64,000 bases of DNA, taken from NCBI RefSeq assembly GCF_052425735.1, contig NC_135759.1, positions 310,001 through 374,000 on the forward strand, in the 5' to 3' direction. How positions within the stretch are numbered: the stretch's first letter is position 1; every line of letters starts with the position of its first letter. The notes below the pieces were generated by a model. The model was given only the letters and a program-made list of their open reading frames with translations, searched no databases and had not been told where the DNA came from. This stretch comes from Oculina patagonica (taxonomy: Eukaryota). Of this stretch, positions 26,602-38,800 are shown piece by piece. The position numbers and the translations under genes were made by a program.

Positions 26602-28895
26602 CATCACGAATAAACTCTCTGAAAAGGAGCAATTAATGTTGCCTTTATGTTCAGACTGGTGACACTGAATTTCGAGAGTATAAAACTTTTTGCAGTTTAG
26701 CGTTACAGGATTCAAGAAAGTCGTATAAGCCAGCCAATCAGAGCGTCGACTTAGTTTAAGCAGCCAACCACGGCACAAGCGCGATTTGGCGCACGTTTCT
26801 TTTCCCGCGCTTTTCAGCGATTGCGCACAAGTGACTTTTCCCGCTCTTTTCACCAGTTGCGCGTTTTACTTCGGTTTCTGATTATTGGCAATGTTTGCGG
26901 TCTTATGTTCGGCTCTGTGCATGGAAATCTTGGTTTAAGGGAGTTTATTATGTCACGATGTGTTATTTAAGCTATTTTTTTGATGTGCATAATTATTTTG
27001 AATTTTGAGGAAACGTCAGAGTAATAATATATTAAGGTTGAAAAACACCAAACAGCAACAAGGAAAGTAAAGATTGGAGGAAGATAACAACGAAAACTTG
27101 AAAAATTGGGATGTGTCATCCGTTACGTAGTTCAAGGTTGAACATGGTTCAAGTGGTAAAAGTCCCCGCCTCTTTCGCAAATTAGTTCTCGTTTGGCTAC
27201 GACTAAAAAAGAAAAAGAAAAGGAGAGGACAAATTGGAATTTCCTGATTTTAATGGCTTAATTATTGAAATTACTTTTATTGTTTTAAAATTAAGTTCGT
27301 TTTAAGATAATTACCTTTGGCCTGCGTTTTGTTCGCCTTGTAAACTTTTGAATGTGATTCACGCACTTCACTAAACCGCTTGGCTTTTTAAATGTTGTTA
27401 TCAGCAATTTTTTACGTGTAATATGTTTTACGATGAGTTGTAAACATTTTTGTACTCGAATGTATCGGCTAAGGAATAAAATAAAAAACGCCAGAGAATG
27501 AAGCAAGCTTTGGGAGTCAGCTATGTTTTGTTTTGTTCTCACTGGCTGCCCGCTTCACCTATTGCTCGGCATCCGTTTGCTAGACTTGGCAAATGTTTCA
27601 GTTAACAATTTCAGTTTCAAGTAACCCATTCAAGAGGTCCATTGCTTCAACAAAACTCCTTTCATCTCTGTTTTAGAACTCCACTCAAAACTTTATTCAT
27701 TGTTACCGTAGTACGCGGCCGTGGAGCTGGCGAAGTTTGCACTATTCAACTTGCCCTCTTCCACTTTGGAACGTTGCCCAGACTGCTGGTCTTAGAACTT
27801 ACATCACTGAAATGGTTTACTTTTCCAAGAAATATGGGAATACCTTTCAGTTTGTTGTACGTGACTTGAAATTATTTCATTTTTATCGAAAAAAACTTCT
27901 TGGAATCGCGAAATTTATATTTGATTGCAGTCTAGTCGTATGTTTAAACGACTGTTTTTATTTTTGTCAATATGAGATTTGTACCTTATCCCAGCTGACG
28001 ATATTACTTCTGACAGCCGCAAATATTCGGAAAATATTCAAAAACTTGTTCAGTGGGAAATGACAACAACTTCCCGTGTTTTCTTCTAAGCTTGAAGGGA
28101 ATGCGAGATAACAGCCAAGATTATTTTCCCTATTAGTTCCAGGAAAATGAAAAATGTTTATATTTTTCAATTTAATTTTTCCTCTCAACCTTGGAATTTT
28201 ATGAGCTAGAAACCCAGTTACAACAACTTTGATAAATATAAAAGATGATGATTTGTTGTCGATTTTTTTAATCCACATTAAGCCCACCTTTACACGCAAA
28301 GTAAAACCAAATTTCATCATGCTTGAATAATTCTTAGCGTGTACCGCAAATAAACGCTAATTTTATAAATACAAAAAATGTTCCGCTTTTGCTGAAGCGA
28401 GAGGTGATGATGTAATCGGGGTCACGTTATCGACTATATATCAGCTTCGGCTAGCTGGCTTCTGAGCAACAATAGCTTTCGTGTCATTGGATATAACTTA
28501 ACTTGGTGGCTTGAATAGCGGCTGGATTTTACCAGTGCAAAGAAAGGGAGATCTATTTTTGTGCGTGTGTGTTCATTTGACCATTTTATCGCAAGTTCCT
28601 CGAGTCCTATATTGTACTTACGTGGTAAGCTCGCTCCCGTGTGGTTTCCAACTTATTCACGTTGTCATTGTCCGATAAAACACGAATTCTAATTGGTTCT
28701 CGTTTTATATTCTCGCAGCCGATTGGACAAAACTAGTCACGTGGCTTACACAGATAAGTCTAGCCTACTGTGTGTGGCGGTGGTGTTCAACAGTGTGCAA
28801 AGGCATATTTGGTGTTACGAAACACGCAAATTTCTGTCTAATTTAAGGTTTTCTAAACAACTGCAAGACTGGAGTCGATTACTTTACCCATCGCC

Positions 28896-31800
28896 ATGGA
28901 TGACTCGGAATATGAGAGCCTGCCAACAGAGAAAGTTACAGTTCATCTTGCAGCAGGCGCCTTAGCTGGAGTGATGGAACATTGTGTAATGTACCCTGTC
29001 GACGTTGTAAAGGTACGATCAATCCGATTTACGGGCTTCTTGTCAGAATTTAACAACTCTAGTCCATAAGAATGGTCCAATAGACTTTCACAAGACGAAA
29101 CGTGTTGTTTTCGGTTACGGTGGGCTAAAATATCGCCAATGTCTGGCGTTGAGGCTGGTCGCTCAAAGCGTGCCTTCGCGAAATTTGATATTAGGTCATT
29201 TGGGCTGCGGTTCAACTTTCCTCTAGATTTCGCTATTCTTCTGTGAATAATAGTCTCTTATCATTCGTGAGAACTTTTCAGGAGAATTTTGTTCATATTT
29301 TAATCATCTTTTAACTATATACTGATCATAACTTAACGTTTGTTTGCCAACGTCATTGTAGAAACCAACACGTTGTCGATATTCGGTCGGCAATATTGTA
29401 AATATAGTTCTCGGAAATAAGTACGGGCTGCCTGTCCAATGATTGTTTGCCTCGTTTATTTTTCATCCATCAGTTTAAAATATCAGCAATGTTTAATATC
29501 GAGAGTCGAAAATTAATGTGGATTTTTCCCTCTGAAATAAAATCTTATTAAATTTAAAGTACATTATAATAATTATTAATATAAAATAATTTGGGAATGT
29601 CTTGAATTTAATTTATTGTAAGGCAGATGAAGCCCACATAAGTACAAACCTTATTACAAAGACTTATACAAGTTGTATACACACATTATTACACAATTTT
29701 GGTAAACTTTAGACTAGACATAAAATAGCACCACTAATTTGCATATTTTCAGTGCGTACTAACAATAGGTGTATTGTTTGGTTCCAGAAAATATCCATAC
29801 CCCCACCACGGAGGGAATTGGAAATTCCAGAGGGGTGGGGGGGGGGGGTCAAAGGCCCAGGAAATTCCGAGGAGGAGGGGGGGTTGCCAGTGAAATTACG
29901 TTTCCAGATGGTCAAGTTTGATGCAGTGCAAACTAGTTTCAAAATCGTTTCTTACCTACTCTACAAATGTTTTACATAGCAAAAATAGCACCCTGGGTTC
30001 TTGATTCACAATCGTTTTACATTTAAAACGGGTTTTCTTTCTCCTGAAAGCACACTGAAAGCAAACTATTTCACTGAAATCCTCCATGCTCGTTCGTGGA
30101 TGCGGCCGCCATTACTTGTTACCAGTCCCCCAAAACTTGTCATATGGTTTGACCGAAATGCACTGGTGTCAAGCGTTGCTTGTTTCACGTTCGATCAAAG
30201 GAAAATCGTCCTTGTTTGTGAATAGTTTCACGTTTATTAGCGATGAAAATAGTGTAATGATGTCAGAAACTTGAGATTAACTTGTTCTTGTTGTTTCTGG
30301 CTATTTTTTGTAATTTTCCTGTTAAATTTTGCTTTCTAGGCGAGCATTAGCGATTTTGTGATCACGTCTTCGGTGAATGTTTATAATCAACACTTTTCAA
30401 ATCCCTGTTCTGAACATTAAGCGGGTTTCTAAAGCGATTGGAATGAAAAGGGATGGATAGTTATACAACAAGGTAATTTGACAAGTTACTACCAGATATT
30501 TTTTCTGTTAACTTTTAAGGTAAATTTCTGTATTTTGTCTTCAACAGTACATGTATGTATCGGTTTAAGATATCTTCCGATCGATCAGTTATACACTATA
30601 ACTGTTTACAAGAGTGGTGGCCTAAAATTTAGAGCATTGTACAATTAATCTTTTTTTCCAGAGGGGCTGGGGGGTACGCAATATACTTTTGGAAATTCCA
30701 GAGGGGTGGGGGGTTAATTTTTCTTAACAAAAAATGGAAATTCCAGAGAGGTGGGGGGGTCTTACGTTAAACTCCCTCCGTGGTGAGGGTATGGATATTT
30801 TCTGGAACCACACATTGTTTCATAAATGCCCAAATAACGATTTTTCACTTAATTACTTTTTAGACTAGGATGCAGAGTTTGTGTCCACATCCAAATGCTG
30901 TCTACAAAAATATTACCCACGCAATCACGTGTATGGTGAAAAAAGAAGGACTTTTAACACCTCTCAGGGGAATAAATGTGGTGGCACTAGGAGCAGGACC
31001 TGCACATGCCTTATACTTCAGTACATACGAAGCAACAAAGAAGTTCATAAATGGAAACCAGACATCATACAATCCGGTTTCGCATGGTAGGTACACGCTG
31101 ACCCCAAATACCATTGCAGTAATCCGATATTCAATTTTCTGAAAATGTCTGTTTTTGCACTGTTTTACTGGCAAATGTTTTTCCTTAATAAGTTGTTTTA
31201 CTTAACAGATTGTAGTTACCCCTAACTTAAAACAACATTTGACATCAAGTGAAAGTTTGTGTGCTATAAGTGAACTGTGCTTTTAGTACAAGCTTTTATT
31301 TTCCCAAAGAGAAAATGTTTTAAAATTTGCCAAATTTGTGTTTTGAACTTTTCATTGCGGGTTGTAGGTGTCATTTTGTTGCTTTGCAAACTTACAGCCG
31401 TAACACGCAGGTTAGGTATCAATGTTAAGCAGGCATTAGGTATTTTGCAGAACAGTTGTGCTTTTCTTTGAGTTGCAGCACCAGATGCATCTGGGAAGAT
31501 GTTCCAGTAATGGTTTGATTACATGTACAGTTGAACCCTGCGTTTTCCACACCTGCCTTAAACAGACATCACATTATTAAAGATGGTGGTTTTGGTCTTA
31601 AGCTTATGAATTTTTTTTCTTAGTATGGACACCTTATAAGTCCAGTATACGGATACCTTCTATGGACCTGTCAGTGTCCATATTTATAAACAGGGTTCAA
31701 CTGTGGTTTGTTTACTTATTAACTGTGTTGGGTATTAGCTACTGGATGGACTGAAGGTTATAGCATTTTTGTTTGGCCCATGTGTTGAGCTAGAAAGAAG

Positions 31801-32930
31801 GGATGTATTCACCAGGAATAAAATTCTTTTGGTATAAATTTAATGTTTTCCCTCATTGCTGTTGCTGTTACAGTAACTTTAAATAAATTTGAGTTTCTTG
31901 GTTATCTACACTAAGACCTAACTACTTTCTCTGTAAAAAAAAAAAAAACAAGCAAATTATTACTCATCTAATAACATCATGAAAATAAAGTAATATAATC
32001 TTTCAATTTTTTTTTTGTGATAGTTGATGAGCTATGGATTATGAGCATTGTACATTGCTCTGACTGCAAGTTCAAAAAGAAAAATGTTGTTATGGCTTCT
32101 ACATTGCAACTTCTTACAGTAGTTAGGGAAAAACATTTGTTTACAGTCATTAACTGTCTGTGTTTTCATCTTTGTCCTCAGGTCTTGCTGGTGTGTGTGC
32201 TACAGTATTCCATGACGGTGCAATGAATCCCATAGAAGGTGTATCTTAAGCCACCGGCTAGTTTCTTTAACATATTACTCAATTAATGCTACACAGAAAC
32301 TGGATGTAACATTTTCTAAAAATTTTAAACTTTTGGTAAGTTTAAGACTCTAATTCTGTTTTGTTGTACTTTCATGGTGTTTCATCAGTGGTCAAGCAAA
32401 GAATGCAGATATACGGCAGCCCATATCGTGGAGTTCTTCATTGTGTTAAGACTATATTTCAAGAGGAAGGAATCAGAGCCTTTTATCGCAGTTACACAAC
32501 GCAACTCTCCATGAACATTCCGTTTCAGTGCTTGCACTTTACTGTGTACGAGTTTGCGCGAGAGACACTTAACCCATCGCGTGGATATGACCCAAAGACT
32601 CATGTGGTAGCAGGTGCAACTGCAGGGGCAGTGGCTGCTGCTTTGACGACGCCACTAGATGTGGCAAAGACATTACTTAACACCCAAGAAAAGAGTGCCG
32701 TGGGCATACTTGTTAGGCCTGAAGGACATGCTGTGTATGTGAGTGGTATGCTTACAGCATTCCGTTCCATCTACAAGTTACGGGGCTTCTCTGGCTATTT
32801 CCAAGGACTGCAAGCTAGAGTGCTCTATCAGATGCCGTCTTGTGCTATCTGCTGGTCAGTTTACGAGTTTTTCAAGCATTTCTTGCACTTCACAGAGACA
32901 GAAGCTGAGTATGAACTCTCAGTGGTGTGA
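28896..32930 (+). CDS. SLC25A28: Mitoferrin, mitochondrial iron carrier (single SLC25A28/SLC25A37 co-ortholog)
   Basis: Exons 28896-29012 [10 protein letters not shown]...[20 protein letters not shown]; 30864-31086 TRMQSL...[10 protein letters not shown]; 32182-32238 [12 protein letters not shown]; 32389-32930 VVKQRMQ...[16 protein letters not shown]...[14 protein letters not shown]...WSVYEFFK. These are carrier PxD/ExxK motifs and mitoferrin signatures. Confidence 0.95.
29773..30817. mobile_element. MITE, TGTGGTTCCAGAAAATATCCATAC family (shorter copies at ~34911-35108 and ~38415-38638)
   Basis: TIRs tggttccagaaaatatccatacc ... ggtatggatattttctggaacca. Confidence 0.75.
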
Positions 32931-32950
32931 AGAGTTGTTACATGCAAGTT

Positions 32951-34177
32951 TGAAGGAGAAATCTCGGCTGCAGTGGATAAAGCCAGTTTCATCTTCAGCA
33001 GAAATGGTGATCCGCAATACAAAGAAGCCAATTGCAGCACTGCTGCAAGGTTTGTCTTCCATGGAATGCCGTAGTGGAGTACAAATGAAGAGAGAATTTT
33101 CGGCCGCAGAGTGTTCTGCCAGTTTTCAAATCTTCTGACGAGACCACAGCAGTATTGAAAGTTACATGCCATCCAAGACAAGAGAAGGGAGAAAGGAATT
33201 TCGGCTTCAGTGGTTACATGCCAGTTCCTGTGGTCTACTGCTGTGGTTGTAAAATGTAGATGGAAGTCAAACACAAGATGGGAGAGAGGAATTTCGCCTT
33301 CAGAGTTGACATGCCAGTTCCTGCTCCCATTGCTCTAGTTTTTAAATGTAGATGGAAAAGTCACTGAATGTGATCCAAGACGGACGAAAGGAAATTCGGT
33401 TGCAGAGTTTACAGACCAGTTCCTGCGTTCTACCCTATGAATTTATCTATGTATTCTTGGTGCCTTGATAACCTAAAGATAGACTGTAATGTGGTTTATT
33501 GTGCATTGACTGGAAGCATAACCAAAATGTTTTTTTCGGAAATGGTTAAAAGGAATAAACAGGTACCCTGGACTGATTTTACACAATAATGCTGGATGAT
33601 TGTTAGTTTTCACTTTGCATCTTAAAGCTGTAGACTGTGACTTTATGCAGGAACCTTTTTCTGGAACTTTAATAGACAGTAATGTTCAATTGAACACTCA
33701 GGACAATCAAATCTGACAAATAATGTTAATGGATTAACACCAAAGTGTTGGAGAAGCTGCAATTTTCATGCCAATTTTTCACACGGAGATCTTATCTGTG
33801 TGTGTTTGTTTACCATGACAAAACAAAGATGATGGTGATGGACAATCGAATCAGTATTATTTAATTGTGGGGTGGCTGCTCTTTGAAGAAGAATTCGCTG
33901 TTACAGTGTTTAGCCGTTTCTTCTTCCTTTAAGGCACAGGGCTCATTGCAGAGATAAAGACAGGACTATAGACATTCTCTGCTGGGCTTCGGTGTCTTTT
34001 GTTTGGCTGCAAAGCCTTCTACCAGTCTAGCCATTTGACTGGTGCATGACTTTTAACCATTGTACTTAGAATAATAGAGATCTATCCAGTCATAGTATGT
34101 TAATAGTTTTTAAAAATATCTAATAAGCAGAGCAGAACAGAAGCTCGGCTGCAGAGGATTTTGCCAGTTTCATTCTG
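32951..34177 (+). promoter_or_regulatory. Array of IRE-like stem-loops in the mitoferrin 3' UTR
   Basis: Six hairpins (32951-32997, 33087-33135, 33194-33229, 33278-33330, 33382-33430, 34133-34177), each C-N5-CAGWG with a lower stem closing on AGTTYY. AATAAA at 34216. Confidence 0.55.
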
Positions 34178-35854
34178 AAAAGTTAGGTTGTATTATTCTC
34201 GTATATAGTTTGTAAAATAAAACCAATAGATTACAAGTTATTTGAGCTATCCTGACTCTGTTGTGTAATAATGTTAGATGCTTTGTTTTTCAAGTACCAG
34301 GCCTCAACCTAGTTGGCGGTTTCATTGGCGTATGGGAGAAAAAAACATTAATTAAGTTGTCATTGTGTGAAGAAAGGATATTTTTTTATATGCACTTTGT
34401 AACTGTGGTAATTTTTGGGGTGCAATTAAGAGGGGGGAGGGGGTGGTATTCTACCTTAGAAATTTTGCAGAATTAAGTTATTGAAGTCCATATTTCCTGC
34501 ATTCTGAGAGTCATTTTAACCCTCACTCCCGTATAAGGTGAACCTTTCTGGCCCATGGGGCAGTGCGGATGCACCCATTGCACCCCCCCCCCCCCCTCTA
34601 AGGCCCTGTGTAAGTGGGTACGCTTGCCCTGGCTTGACTGTAATGCTGTCGTGGTGTATACAGTGAAAGTGTACCAATAGTTTATTCTAGACCTCCCTGG
34701 ACTTGAACCTTGATAAAAATAGCAAAACAGGTCAGAAGTTCTTTCCAGAATATTGTGTGATTTTATACATAACTTTATTGCACTTTTCAGGTTTTTTTTG
34801 TGATTACTATTGAACTTCATAGTTTTATAGATAATTGTATTCATGACAAAATATTTTATAAAATTATTTTAATAGAATTTCTTTTGACAAGGAATTTGCA
34901 ACAAAATTTCATTGTGTTGCTCCATAAAATATCCATACCTCCCCCCACGGAAGCGATTCTTTTAAAAGAATCCCCCACCCCTCTGTAAATGCCAGTTAAA
35001 TTTCGTACATTTCTCTAAAATTTTTGGTCTTTGAGACCCCCCCCCCCCCCAGGAAATTTCCAATCGCTTCCGTGGGAGGAGTATGGATATTTTTTGGAAC
35101 TATACATTAGTACACATTAACAGGTGGCTACTCACAGTTTAGTCAAATTTATAAGTTTGTGAACTACCTATCACTGACTGGCTTTCTGTCAGAGATAGAC
35201 CACTAATGAGTAGCTGGAAGAATCCTTGAAGATACCATGGCAAGATGTTCCCTTTCATTCATGAATCACAAAAAAATAGGAAATTCTAGTTAGATCTGCT
35301 AGGAAAGGTTAAACTATACTTACTATTGGTTTGTTTTAAAAATGTATGCTTGTCAAAAATGAAGACTTGATCCACTCAGATTTTTAGAAATTGATATTAC
35401 ACTTATACAGCTCAGTGGGGATATGATAAAGGAAAAAAGATGTCTTGATACAAAACCAAATTCTCTAACACAAAATCACAAAAATTTATCGGAAACAGTA
35501 ACGAGTAGGACTTGAGCTTTTGATGTGCCTAATGTGTACTTTCAGGTACTTCTCCTTGATCGTAGGCCTAGATGTAGTAGCTAAGGCTAGCACTCAAGCA
35601 TGGTAGAACAGGGACAGGGTGATCCCATCCCCTTACTCACAAACATGCATATCACATGCTCATACTGTCTGAATCAATTGTGTCACCACACATGGACCCC
35701 TTATCACCCTGCTCTTGCCAAGATCCTAAGTTTTGCAGAGCTGCAACTAATGACCCTACTGAAGGTATATGGGCCTTAATTGCCTGACAGTTCATCACTA
35801 GCTACTGGCTATGATGGCATAATAATTATATTCTGCATGAACTATAACAGCCTT

Positions 35855-38800
35855 TTAGTTATCATCTGGAAGAACAGAGATGATCATTCCATATCTTGGC
35901 CAGCGATATTCCCTTGGAAGGACAAGCTGAAAATGAAAAACAAAGGGTGCATGTGGTAAACTTAGAGAATTTCTATAATTTCTCAAGTAGAGTCAACTCT
36001 AGTGTTATAGACACCTCCCTAGAATTTAAGACCTGCCATGCAGTCATTTTTAGGGGGGATTGCCCCTAAAAACAACTTCGTGGGAGGCTATGTTATTTAG
36101 AAACACCCTGTTTTTATTATGGTCAGGAGTGGAAGTGCTGTGAAAACGATTCCCACTATTCCTGGACTTTCTTTATTACAGACACCAAATTGTGCTACCA
36201 AAGATATAACGGGAGTTGGACTATAACATGCGTGAAGCTTGTACAAGAAATCCAGATCACATTTGGGGTTTAATGGGTCACAACTCATGGGCATTATATG
36301 ACGTACCTCACTGGGCCTTGTTAAATCATCCAGGTCTCTGTCAAGCCTTTGCAAAAAGTCGTCTGTAATCAGCACCTGGTGATTAGGATGCAGCGCATTA
36401 TTTGAAATATTAAGGTTGAAACATGAGTTGCAACGTCCATAATTTACATGTACTTACAGTTTACAGATCCAGGGAAAAAAATTACCACTCATTGGTCAGA
36501 TTGCTATCAGGATGCTAGCCAGCCCACCCACTGTAAATTTTAATAATACATAGTGAACTTTGTTAAGTACCAGTTTTTAGACAAATTGAAAGGATGGCAC
36601 AGTCTAGCTTATTTCTTTAGAACTACAGTCAACTCTCTCTTAACAGACACCTCTATAAGACGGACACCTCCATAAGATGGACACATGGTGACGGTCCCTG
36701 CCCTTTTACAGTCATTTTACTGTAACCAAACTCCCTATAAGATGGACACCTCTCTAAGACGGACAACAGACACTTTGAAATCATTCACAGACACTTGAGA
36801 AGTGTTTTTTTTATCATGTTTAATTAGTGAAAATACTTCCAAACTTTGTATTGACCTAAAGCAAAGTTAGTTAGCGACCTAAGGATACGTATAAAAGAAA
36901 TGAGACACTGTGAATCCTGACCACTGAATAGGATACGTGTATACCAAGCTTACTAACCAAAAACATTACTTTTCTGCTTACGTGTATGGGCACTAAAGAA
37001 GTCGTTTTCAACTTACAGTTTAACAGTTTGCGTAGAAGCTCTCAATTTTTGCTTTAACAAGCAAATACGTTCCTTTCATTATTCTAGTCTTGTTGCAGTT
37101 AGCAAATGTTTGTTGCATTGTGCAAAGGTTTAGCTTTATTATCTCGGAATTACTGGTGTCGTGTTACTTTGACTCTCTACAGAGCGGACACCTCTCTAAG
37201 ACGGACAGCTGCGGCCAGTCCCGAAGGTGTCCGTCTTAGAGAGAGTTGACTGTATCAGAAAATACAGTGGAACTCTAGGGTCCTGCCAAAAGCCCTGACT
37301 TTTTTAGGCTTAATAACGTTCTAAAGGCAAGACAGTTAACTGTCAGTATCCTGGCTGTTTAAATTGGTCCAGGCAAATAAATGCTGGGGGTGACCCTGCG
37401 ATGGACAAGCATCTCATTGTGTGTAGAAAAACTTCTACTTGCTATTAAAGCAGAGTTAAGAGCCAGCCATATGGGACCTTTTATAGGCATGCAATGTGTG
37501 CTAAAGGCTATAATTTATGTAGCTGTAGCCTTTGCATGCATTGCATGCCTTATGCGGATAAATTATTTATACAGAACATAGCAAACACTAGATGTACCTG
37601 AAGCCAGGTCCCACAGGCTGCAAACCTGTGTTCATTGTCAGTTATGGAGCCTGTGACATTAGAAGTCACAAAGGTAATGGCCATGTCATTAACTGAACTG
37701 TGGAATGTAAAATGTCGTCCATGATTTAGACGGCCTCTGCGGAATAACAAGATTAACAGGAAAATGTGAGTGCTTGTTTAGGACATGCCCCACTTACTCA
37801 GGACTACACACTATGCACTGAATCATCTGATGAAAATTTACAGAGTAATTAGTTGCAAACTTAATAAAAACTTTGAAAAAAATATTAATACTATCTGAGA
37901 GTTGTTAAACGTTGTGCATAATTTTTTTCAAAGAAAGGTCAAATTAATATTTGATAGAGAGTACTCCAAGTTGTGTGTACTGCAAGTGCTTTACTGATAT
38001 ATTCTGGCAACACTTACTCACCTTAAAGCAAGTGGTAGAAGCATGGCGGCCTCCAAACCAAACCTTAGATGAATCCCTCTTAGCGTCCTTGTCCGAGAAA
38101 TCTCACTTACAACACTGCTACAAGCCGGCCTCTCAGATGCAAGCCCGTCCACTGTGGGCCTTTTGGGTGTCACTGAAGACCCTGTGCATATCGGAGGCAG
38201 GACAGGGAAGCGTGTGGGCAGGTCTCTTCCTGTCAGAGCGTCGTGAGATGAGCCAGGAGGGAATCCAGTGTGTTGGCTGGAAGAATTGTTCACAAAGTTC
38301 TCTTCCCACCAGCATTTAGCACTGACACCACTAAGATTGGAACCTTCTTTCTCAATTCCTGTTGTAACTGTTTGCTGTTCAACAAAAGGTTTGGGATGTC
38401 AGTTGCAACAACTACTCATTGTGTAGTTCCATTAATAAATTAAATAAATTATTATCCATACCTTCTCCACGGAAGGGATTTCTCCTTTTTAAGACCCCCC
38501 AAAGTGCCCCTCTGGAAATCCAATTTAGCTTTATAAATTTTCCTTAACGTTTTTGGCCTTTGAGACCCCTCCCACCCCCAGCAATTTCCAATCAGCTCTT
38601 CTTTGGGGGGAGTATGGACTTTTTCTGGAACCACACATTCTTAAAAGAGTCCTTATTGTATGGGGACCTAGTGACGCTATAGCTCAAGTGGTATGACAAG
38701 AGAATTTTTCAAATTTCAGAGGTCACATGTTGAAATCTCACTGACGTCACACAAGAGAAACATGTCAATCAAATCAACATTACCTGAAGAGAGGGATCAA

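Noticed and set aside
28440-28895. IRE in the mitoferrin 5' leader (CAGTG at ~28533 and ~28790)
   Set aside because: Flanking bases do not pair into an upper stem and there is no correctly placed bulged C.
32928-33074. Selenocysteine or readthrough extension of mitoferrin (TGA followed by ~47 open codons)
   Set aside because: The carrier domain is already complete, and the UTR hairpins lack the SECIS AUGA/GA quartet and apical AA.
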